Positions 51,239 to 61,219 of a stretch of DNA of 64,000 bases are shown here, piece by piece. A model generated the notes under the pieces. The model ran no database searches and was not told where the DNA came from. It was given only the letters and a program-made list of their open reading frames with translations. The stretch comes from Scyliorhinus canicula. Its lineage: Eukaryota. Position numbers and translations under genes: made by a program. The stretch is from positions 186,001 through 250,000 of the forward strand of contig NW_024055453.1 in the NCBI RefSeq assembly GCF_902713615.1, written 5' to 3'. Positions within the stretch are counted from its first letter, which is position 1. Each line of letters begins with the position of its first letter.

Positions 51239-51547
51239 CAGACGCGGTGATGTTGTGACTTTGGGTCACCTCTTGATGAGTGACCTGGCAGGTATAGACC
51301 GCTTTGCTGAACCATTCCCCAGCGGAGACTGTCAGCCGACTGCTCGCCGAGAAGTTCCCATTCACTTCACAGGCGGGAGAGGTGACAATTCCTGAAGCCA
51401 TGGGTTGTCCATTCTTCAGCCACTTTACCGTGATTGAATTTGTCTGGAAATCGTTAATTGAACAGACGATGGTTGCAAATTTCTGTCTTGTGATTTCTTC
51501 ACTGGAACTCACGGTGAGGATAACATGTGGAGGGACACCAGGCGGGC
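51239..51547 (-). CDS. IGHM: IgM Cmu2 exon
   Basis: gtgtttcttgaag|(C)[33 protein letters not shown]...VKWLKNG...[21 protein letters not shown]|gtaag; 309 nt, phase 1-1. Confidence 0.96.
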
Positions 51548-51748
51548 CTTCAAGAAACACAATTTAGACATTTCTTGCAGAAGATGGTGTGACAAATAAA
51601 ATGATTTATTATATTTTAACTGTTTCTCTGCGGCCAATATTTTCCTCAGGAATCAGAACGGCACACTTTATCATAAATATGTTATAGCCAAAGGTGTAAA
51701 TAAAGTAATCACAGCGGTTCTGCTTCGCGCAGTTTCCAGAACACTTAC

Positions 51749-52045
51749 ATGTCATTCCAATGCTCTTGTCTGAGCCGCTGTGTCGAACCTCACAGCTGAT
51801 TTTGCTGCATACCCCCTCTGACTCGGTGATGGTTAACTGGCTGCTCAGGGTGTAGGTTCCCTTCTTGTTTCTCGCTGACGGGTATTCCTTAACTCCAGTG
51901 CTGATCAGCTGCCCATCTTTCTTCCAGGTAAGGCTGGTGATTTCTGGGGAGTAGTCCATCGCCAAACAGCCGTAGGTGACGGAGCCGTCGGTGTTGTGTT
52001 GCTGACAGGAGACCAGGCTGTAGAGAGTGGGTGGAGACGGTGTCG
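51749..52045 (-). CDS. IGHM: IgM Cmu1 exon
   Basis: gccattctctcccag|[45 protein letters not shown]...[18 protein letters not shown]|gtaagt; 297 nt, phase 1-1; shark Cmu1-type sequence. Confidence 0.96.
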
Positions 52046-52719
52046 CTGGGAGAGAATGGCCAATTGAACAAGTTAGACTCTGGGATTTGTCATTAAGATA
52101 TCATACAACTTAGAATTTGGATAAAGTTACAAATTTATCATAAACCGTTCGCATTAAAACTGCATCCATACTTGAGCTTCTGTTACTTCTAACTTTTGAG
52201 AATCACCATTTGTTTATTCCCTCTTTAGAAACTCACATCTCTTTCTCCATTTCTAACACCTTGCAGAAATTAGCATTATGGTGTCATCTGAAAATGTACC
52301 ATTCATTCCTTTCAATGAGCAGAGCGGAGGGTTTCCCCATTATTTATGACACCAATGTTTTTTCCACCAACAGCACTTTGTGATAAAGAAGTTGTCTCTT
52401 CATTTCGGTCATTGCTGTTTGGAAATTGCCTGTGTTCAAACTGACTGATGTCCCCCATCTCTCCACCTCACTACCCCCACTCCCCAAAACAAGGAGTCGT
52501 TACTTTGCTTCAGAAAAATCATCCAGGTATTTACAGAATGACTATAAAATTCTACGTTTGAAGCACATGTGCAAGTAACTCCAAAATTCTCCAATTACAG
52601 GACCCTGGACATTAAAAGCGGGATGCGGCCATTCGGTCCCTCAGGTCTCCTGCACCATTCAATATGATTATGGCGGAGCGGATTGTGGGATGGACCCCGC
52701 ATTCCATGTATCCGCGTTA

Positions 52720-55700
52720 ACCAGCTTCCTGTCCTTTTCCCAGCTCTCTGCGCTTTTCCCAGCTCTCTGATCTTTCCTCCACTTCTGTAATTTGCCCAGC
52801 TGCACCTTTCCAGGTTGTTTGCTCTTTGCCTCAGCTTCTGGAACTTTCCACTTGCTCTTTGTGCTTTTCCCCAGAACATGGCACTTTGCCCCCTGATTAT
52901 TGGCTTTGGCCCATCAATTACCACTTTTCCCCGTGTTCCTGCAGATTCTCTCCCCTGTCTGCGCTCAGCTCTCTGCCCATCTCACCTGCTCACTACTCAG
53001 CTCTCGTATTTCCCAGGCTCCCTATACTTTACCCAGCTTTATACAATTTCCCAGGCTCCGTGTGTTCCCGCACCCTCCCCCCCCCCCCCCACCCCCCCGC
53101 CCCCGCCAGCTCGCTACCCATTCCGAGGCTCCCTGTGCTTTTCCCCAGCTCTCTGCCTTTTCCCAGGCTCCCTGTGCTTTTCCCCAGCTCTCTGCCTTTT
53201 CCCAGGCTCCCTGTACTTTAACCCAGCTTTATACCATTTCCCAGGCTCCATGTGTCCCCCCCCCCCCTCCACCCCAGCTCGCTGCCATATCCGAGGCTCC
53301 CTGTGCTTTTCCCCAGCTCTCTGCCTTTTCCCAGTCTCCCTGCACTTTTCCCCAGCTCCATCTTTTCCCAGGCTCCCTGCGCTTCCCCCCCCCCCCCCCA
53401 GCTCTCTACCTTTTCCCAGGCTCCCTGTGCTTTTCCCCATCTCTCTACCTTTTCCCAGTCTCCCTGCGCTTTTCCCCAGCTCCTTCTCTTCCCAGGCACC
53501 CTGCACTTTTCCACAGCTCTATCTTTTCCCAGTCTCCCTGCGCTTTTCCCCAGCTCCTTCTTTTCCCAGGCTCCCTGCACTTTTCCCCAGCTCTATACCT
53601 TTTCCCAGTCTCTCTGCGCTTTTCCCCAGCTCTATCTTTTCCCAGGCTCCCTGTGCTTTGCCCCATCGCCATATCGTCTCCCAGGCTTCCTGTGATTTTG
53701 CACAGCTCTCTACCTTTTCCCAGGCATCCTGTGCTTTTTCCCAGCTCTCTACCTTTTCCCGGGCATCCTGTGCTTTTTCCCAGCTCTCTACCTTTTCCCA
53801 GTCTCCCTGTGCTTTTCCCCAGCTCTCAGCCTTTTCCCAGTCTCCCTGCGCTTTTCCCCAGCTCTCAGCCTTTCCCAGTCTCCCTCCGCTTTTCCCCAGC
53901 TCTCAGCCTTTTCCCAGGCTCCCTGTGCTTTCCCCCAGCTCTCAGCCTTTTCCCAGGCTCCCTGTGCTTTTCCCCAGCTCTCAGCCTTTTCCCAGGCTCC
54001 CTGTGCTTTCCCCAGCTCTCTACCTTTTCCCAGGCTCCCTGCGCTTTCCCCAACTCTCTGCCCTTTCCCAGACTACCTGTGCTTTTCCCCAACTCTCTGC
54101 CTTTTCCCAGCCTCCCTGTGCTTTCCCCCAGCTCCATCCTTTCCCAGGCTCCCTGCGCTTTCCCCCCAGCCCTCTACCTTTTCCCAGGCTCCCTGCCCTT
54201 TTCCCCAGCTCTCTGCATTTTCCCAGGCTCCCTGTGCTTTTCCCCGTCTCTCTACCTTTTCCCAGGCTCACTGCACTTTTCCCCAGCTCTCTGCATTTTC
54301 CCAGTTTCCCTGTGCTTTTCCCCAGCTCTTTTTTTTCCCAGTCTCTTTGCACTTTTCCCCAGCTCTATACCTTTTCCCAGTCTCCCTGCGCTTTTCCCCA
54401 GCTCTATCATTTCCCAGTCTCCCTGCGCTTTTCCCCAGCTTCTTCTTTTCCCAGGCTCCCTGCACTTTTCCCCAGCTCTATACCTTTTCCCAGTCTCCCT
54501 GCGCTTTTCCCCAGCTCTATCTTTTCCCAGGCTCCCTGTGCTTTCCCCCATCTCCATATCGTCTCCCAGGCTTCCTGTGATTTTCCCCAGCTCTCTACCT
54601 TTTCCCAGGCATCCTGTGCTTTTTCCCAGCTCTCTACCTTTTCCCGGGCATCCTGTGCTTTTTCCCAGCTCTCTACCTTTTCCCAGTCTCCCTGTGCTTT
54701 TCCCCAGCTCTCAGCTTTTTCCCAGTCTCCCTGCGCTTTTCCCCAGCTCTCAGCCTTTCCCAGTCTCCCTCCGCTTTTCCCCAGCTCTCAGCCTTTTCCC
54801 AGGCTCCCTGTGCTTTCCCCCAGCTCTCAGCCTTTTCCCAGGCTCCCTGTGCTTTTCCCCAGCTCTCAGCCTTTTCCCAGGCTCCCTGTGCTTTCCCCAG
54901 CTCTCTACCTTTTCCCAGGCTCCCTGCGCTTTCCCCAACTCTCTGCCCTTTCCCAGACTCCCTGTGCTTTTCCCCAACTCTCTGCCTTTTCCCAGCCTCC
55001 CTGTGCTTTCCCCCAGCTCCATCCTTTCCCAGGCTCCCTGCGCTTTCCCCCCAGCTCTCTACCTTTTCCCAGGCTCCCTGCCCTTTTCCCCAGCTCTCTG
55101 CATTTTCCCAGTCTCCCTGCGCTTTTCCCCAGCTCCTTCTTTTCCCAGGCTCCCTGCACTTTTCCCCAGCTCTATACCTTTTCCCAGTCTCCCTGCGCTT
55201 TTCCCCAGCTCTATTTTTTCCCAGTCTCCCTGCGCTTTTCCCCAGCTCCTTCTTTTCCCAGGCTCCCTGCACTTTTCCCCAGCTCTATACCTTTTCCCAG
55301 TCTCCCTGCGCTTTTCCCCAGCTCTATCTTTTCCCAGGCTCCCTGTGCTTTCCCCCAGCTCCATATCGTCTCCCAGGCTTCCTGTGATTTTCCCCAGCTC
55401 TCTACCTTTTCCCAGGCATCCTGTGCTTTTTCCCAGCTCTCTACCTTTTCCCAGGCATCCTGTGCTTTTCCCAGCTGTCTACCTTTTCCCAGTCTCCCTG
55501 CGCTTTTCCCCAGCTCTCAGCCTTTTCCCAGTCTCCCTGTGCTTTTCCCCAGCTCTCAGCCTTTTCCCAGTCTCCCTGTGCTTTTCCCCAGCTCTCAGCC
55601 TTTTCCCAGGCTCCCTGCGCTTTTCCCCAGCTCTCAGCCTTTTCCCAGGCTCCCTGCGCTTTTCCCCAGCTCTCAGCCTTTTCCCAGGCTCCCTGAGCTT

Positions 55701-58700
55701 TCGCCCCGCTTCCTGCATTTTCCGGACTCCTTTTGCTTTCCTCCAGCTCTCAAACGTTTCCCAGGCTCCCTGTCCTATTCCCCCAACTCTCTGCCCTTTC
55801 TGAGACTCCCTGCGCTTTCCCCCAACTCTCTGCCTTTTCCCAAACTCCCCGCACTTTTCCCCAGCTTTCTACCTTTTCACAGGCTCCCTGCGCTTTCCCA
55901 CAGCTCTATACATTTCCCCAGGCTCCTGTGCTCTTCCCCAGCTCTCTGCCTGTTCCCAGGCTCCCTGTGCTTTCCCCCGCTCTCTGCCCTTTCCCAGACT
56001 CCCTGCGCTTTTCCCCAGCTCACTGCCTTTTCCCAGTCTCCCTGCGCTTTTCCCCAGCTCTATCTTTTCCCAGTCTCCCTGCGCTTTTCCCCAGCTCCTT
56101 CTTTTCCCAGGCTCCCTGCACTTTTCCCCAGCTCTATACCTTTTCCCAGTCTCCCTGCGCTTTCCCCAGCTCTATTTTTTCCCAGGCTCCCTGTGCTTTT
56201 CCCCAGCTCTCAGCCTTTTCCCAGGCTCCCTGTGCTTTCCCCAGCTCTCTACCTTTTCCCAGGCTCCCTGCGCTTTCCCCAACTCTCTGCCCTTTCCCAG
56301 ACTACCTGTGCTTTTCCCCAACTCTCTGCCTTTTCCCAGCCTCCCTGTGCTTTCCCCCAGCTCCATCCTTTCCCAGGCTCCCTGCGCTTTCCCCCCAGCC
56401 CTCTACCTTTTCCCAGGCTCCCTGCCCTTTTCCCCAGCTCTCTGCATTTTCCCAGGCTCCCTGTGCTTTTCCCCGTCTCTCTACCTTTTCCCAGGCTCAC
56501 TGCACTTTTCCCCAGCTCTCTGCATTTTCCCAGTTTCCCTGTGCTTTTCCCCAGCTCTTTCTTTTCCCAGTCTCTTTGCACTTTTCCCCAGCTCTATACC
56601 TTTTCCCAGTCTCCCTGCGCTTTTCCCCAGCTCTATCATTTCCCAGTCTCCCTGCGCTTTTCCCCAGCTTCTTCTTTTCCCAGGCTCCCTGCACTTTTCC
56701 CCAGCTCTATACCTTTTCCCAGTCTCCCTGCGCTTTTCCCCAGCTCTATCTTTTCCCAGGCTCCCTGTGCTTTCCCCCATCTCCATATCGTCTCCCAGGC
56801 TTCCTGTGATTTTCCCCAGCTCTCTACCTTTTCCCAGGCATCCTGTGCTTTTTCCCAGCTCTCTACCTTTTCCCGGGCATCCTGTGCTTTTTCCCAGCTC
56901 TCTACCTTTTCCCAGTCTCCCTGTGCTTTTCCCCAGCTCTCAGCTTTTTCCCAGTCTCCCTGCGCTTTTCCCCAGCTCTCAGCCTTTCCCAGTCTCCCTC
57001 CGCTTTTCCCCAGCTCTCAGCCTTTTCCCAGGCTCCCTGTGCTTTCCCCCAGCTCTCAGCCTTTTCCCAGGCTCCCTGTGCTTTTCCCCAGCTCTCAGCC
57101 TTTTCCCAGGCTCCCTGTGCTTTCCCCAGCTCTCTACCTTTTCCCAGGCTCCCTGCGCTTTCCCCAACTCTCTGCCCTTTCCCAGACTCCCTGTGCTTTT
57201 CCCCAACTCTCTGCCTTTTCCCAGCCTCCCTGTGCTTTCCCCCAGCTCCATCCTTTCCCAGGCTCCCTGCGCTTTCCCCCCAGCTCTCTACCTTTTCCCA
57301 GGCTCCCTGCCCTTTTCCCCAGCTCTCTGCATTTTCCCAGTCTCCCTGCGCTTTTCCCCAGCTCCTTCTTTTCCCAGGCTCCCTGCACTTTTCCCCAGCT
57401 CTATACCTTTTCCCAGTCTCCCTGCGCTTTTCCCCAGCTCTATTTTTTCCCAGTCTCCCTGCGCTTTTCCCCAGCTCCTTCTTTTCCCAGGCTCCCTGCA
57501 CTTTTCCCCAGCTCTATACCTTTTCCCAGTCTCCCTGCGCTTTTCCCCAGCTCTATCTTTTCCCAGGCTCCCTGTGCTTTCCCCCAGCTCCATATCGTCT
57601 CCCAGGCTTCCTGTGATTTTCCCCAGCTCTCTACCTTTTCCCAGGCATCCTGTGCTTTTTCCCAGCTCTCTCCCTTTTCCCAGGCTTCCTGTGCTTTTCC
57701 CCAGCTCTCTATCTTTTCCCAGTCTCCCTGTGCTTTTCCCCAGCTCAATCTTTTCCCAGGCTCCCTGCGCTTTCCCCCCAGCTCTCTACATTTTCCCAGG
57801 CTCCCTGTGCTTTTCCCCGTCTCTACATCTTTTCCCAGTCTCCCTGCGCTTTTCCCCAGCTCCTTCTTTTCCCAGGCTCCCTGCACTTTTCCCCAGCTCT
57901 ATACCTTTTCCCAGTCTCCCTGCGCTTTTCCCCAGCTCTATCTTTTCCCAGGCTCCCTGTGCTTTCCCCCATCTCCATATCGTCTCCCAGGCTTCCTGTG
58001 ATTTTCCCCAGCTCTCTACCTTTTCCCAGGCATCCTGTGCTTTTTCCCAGCTCTCTACCTTTTCCCAGGCATCCTGTGCTTTTTCCCAGCTGTCTACCTT
58101 TTCCCAGTCTCCCTGCGCTTTTCCCCAGCTCTCAGCCTTTTCCCAGTCTCCCTACGCTTTTCCCCCAGCTCTCAGCCTTTTCCCAGTCTCCCTGTGCTTT
58201 TCCCCAGCTCTCAGCCTTTTCCCAGGCTCCCTGCGCTTTTCCCCAGCTCTCAGCCTTTTCCCAGGCTCCCTGCGCTTTTCCCCAGCTCTCAGCCTTTTCC
58301 CAGGCTCCCTGAGCTTTCGCCCCGCTTCCTGCATTTTCCGGACTCCTTTTGCTTTCCTCCAGCTCTCAAACGTTTCCCAGGCTCCCTGTCCTATTCCCCC
58401 AACTCTCTGCCCTTTCTGAGACTCCCTGCGCTTTCCCCCAACTCTCTGCCTTTTCCCAAACTCCCCGCACTTTTCCCCAGCTTTCTACCTTTTCACAGGC
58501 TCCCTGCGCTTTCCCACAGCTCTATACATTTCCCCAGGCTCCTGTGCTCTTCCCCAGCTCTCTGCCTGTTCCCAGGCTCCCTGTGCTTTCCCCCGCTCTC
58601 TGCCCTTTCCCAGACTCCCTGCGCTTTTCCCCAGCTCACTGCCTTTTCCCAGTCTCCCTGCGCTTTTCCCCAGCTCTATCTTTTCCCAGTCTCCCTGCGC

Positions 58701-60510
58701 TTTTCCCCAGCTCCTTCTTTTCCCAGGCTCCCTGCACTTTTCCCCAGCTCTATACCTTTTCCCAGTCTCCCTGCGCTTTTCCCCAGCTCTATCTTTTCCC
58801 AGGCTCCCTGTGCTTTCCCCCATCTCCATATCGTCTCCCAGGCTTCCTGTCATTTTCCCCAGCTCTCTACCTTTTCCCAGGCATCCTGTGCTTTTTCCCA
58901 GCTCTCTACATTTTCCCAGGCATCCTGTGCTTTTTCCCAGCTCTCTACCTTTTCCCAGGCATCCTGCGCTTTTTCCCAGCTGTCTACCTTTTCCCAGTCT
59001 CCCTGCGCTTTTCCCCAGCTCTCAGCCTTTTCCCAGTCTCCCTGTGCTTTTCCCCAGCTCTCAGCCTTTTCCCAGTCTCCCTGTGCTTTTCCCCAGCTCT
59101 CAGCCTTTCCCAGTCCCCCTACGCTTTTCCCCAGCTCTCAGCCTTTTCCCAGGCTCCCTGCGCTTTTCCCCAGCTCTCAGCCTTTTCCCAGTCTCCCTAC
59201 GCTTTTCCCCAGCTCTCAGCCTTTTCCCAGGCTCCCTGCGCTTTTCCCCCAGCTCTCAGCCTTTTCCCAGGCTCCCTGCGCTTTTCCCCAGCTCTCAGCC
59301 TTTTCCCAGTCTCCCTACGCTTTTCCCCAGCTCTCAGCCTTTTCCCAGGCTCCCTGCGCTTTTCCCCCAGCTCTCAGCCTTTTCCCAGGCTCCCTGCGCT
59401 TTTCCCCAGCTCTCAGCCTTTTCCCAGGCTCCCTGCGCTTTTCCCCAGCTCTCAGCCTTTTCCCAGGCTCCCTGAGCTTTCGCCCCGCTTCCTGCATTTT
59501 CCAGACTCATTTTGCTTTCCTCCAGCTCTCAAACGTTTCCCAGGCTCCCTGTCCTATTCCCCCAACTCTCTGTCCTTTCTGAGACTCCCTGCGCTTTCCC
59601 CCAACTCTCTGCCTTTTCCCAAACTCCCCGCACTTTTCCCCAGCTTTCTACCTTTTCACAGGCTCCCTGCGCTTTCCCACAGCTCTATACATTTTCCCAG
59701 GCTCCTGTGCTCTTCCCCAGCTCTCTGCCTGTTCCCAGGCTCCCTGTGCTTTCCCCCGCTCTCTGCCCTTTCCCAGACTCCCTGCGCTTTTCCCCAGCTC
59801 ACTGCCTTTTCCCAGACTCCCCGCACTTTCCCCCAGCTCTCTACCTTTTCCAGGCTTCCTGTGCTTTCCCCCCGTTCTCTACCTTTTCCCAGGCTCCCTG
59901 CGCTTTTCCCCAGCTCTCTACCTTTTCCCAGGCTCCCCGCACGTTTCACCAGCTTTGTACTCTTTCCCAGGCTCCCCGCACGTTTTCCCAGCTTTCTACC
60001 TTTTCCCAGGCTTATGCGCTTTCCCCCAAACCTCTACCTTTTCCCAGGCTCCCTGTACTTTCTCCAGATCGCTGCCTTTTCCCAGTCTCCCTGTGCTTTT
60101 CCCCAACTCTCTACATTTTCCCAGCTTCCCTGTGCTTTTTCCCGGCTCTCTGCCTGTTCCCAGTCTCCCTGTGCTTTTCCCCAACTCTCTACCTTTTCCC
60201 AGCTTCCCTGTGCTTTTTCCCGGCTCTCTGCCTTTTCCCAGGCTCCCTGTCCTTTCCCCAGCTCTCTATATTTTCCCAGGCTCCCTGTGCTTTTCCCCAG
60301 CTCTCTACCTTTTCCCAGCTTCCCTATGCTTTCCCCCGGCTCTCTGCCTTTTCCCAGGCTCCCTGTCCTTTCCCCAGCTCGCTATATTTTCTCAGGCTCC
60401 CCGCAGGTTTCCACAGCTCTCTGCCTTTTCCGAGGCTTCCCGCACATTTCCCCATCTCTCTACCTTTTCCAGGGCTCTCTGCTCTATTCCATGACTCTTT
60501 GACATGTTCC
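52720..60510. repeat. ~7.5 kb tandem array of a ~39-bp unit with higher-order blocks (switch-region-like)
   Basis: Plus-strand unit ttttcccaggctccctgcgcttttccccagctctcagcc; sense (minus) strand GGCTGAGAGCTGGGGAAAAGCGCAGGGAGCCTGGGAAAA; homogeneous core ~53130-60480. Confidence 0.97.
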
Positions 60511-60920
60511 TCTCCCTCGATATTTTCCCACGTCCTCTTTACAATTCTCCCCGCCCCCGACCCTGACGCTTCCCTCCAGCTCTCTTCTCTTTCTCCTGGG
60601 TCCTACTGCCGCCTTGCCAGGCCACCACATTCGTGCACACTGGCTCTCACTCCTCGCTCCAATTCTCTCTTCCTCTCTCATTGCAGACTAACTCCTCCCA
60701 TTTAGTGAGCAAGGGGACAAGTGAATGAGGGTGAGATAGCAGGGGTGTGAATTAGGGCGGGAGTGAGAAAAGGGTGGCTGGGTGTGTCAGTGTGTGTGCA
60801 TGAACAATGGTGGGCGCGTATGAGTGTGGAGCATGAGGATGGGTGTGCGATTGTAAATGAGTGAGGATGGATTGGTGAGTGAGGGAGGATGCATGGGCGA
60901 CGGTGGTGGTTGAAAATAAA

Positions 60921-61210
60921 TGAGCACAGTAAGAAGTCTTACAACACCAGGTTAAAGTCCAACAGATTTGTTTCAAACACGAGCTTGTGGAGCGCTGCTC
61001 CTTCCTCAGGTGAATGAAATGATATGTTCCAGAAACATACATATAGAGTTTTGTCTGTATATATATTTCTGGAACCTACCTCTTCACTCACCTGAGGAAG
61101 GAGCAGTGCTACGAAAGCTAGAGTTTCAAACAAACCTGTTGGACTTTAACCTGGAGTTGTCAGATTTCTTACTGTGCTCACCCAATCCAACGCCAGCATC
61201 TCCACAGCAT
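60921..61210. mobile_element. Inverted pair of Penelope 3' pLTR fragments, each with a hammerhead-like motif
   Basis: Arms ~60921-61048 and ~61054-61180 are reverse complements and match 3150-3310; hammerhead-like motifs at 60978-61012 (minus) and 61089-61123 (plus). Confidence 0.85.
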
Positions 61211-61219
61211 GTAAATAAA

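Noticed and set aside
52815-60705. Very long ORFs (1728, 967, 717, 703, 462 aa etc.) over the 39-bp array
   Set aside because: The pyrimidine-rich strand rarely forms TAA/TAG/TGA; several overlapping frames are open and give F/P/S/L low-complexity repeats. This is a compositional artefact, not a gene.
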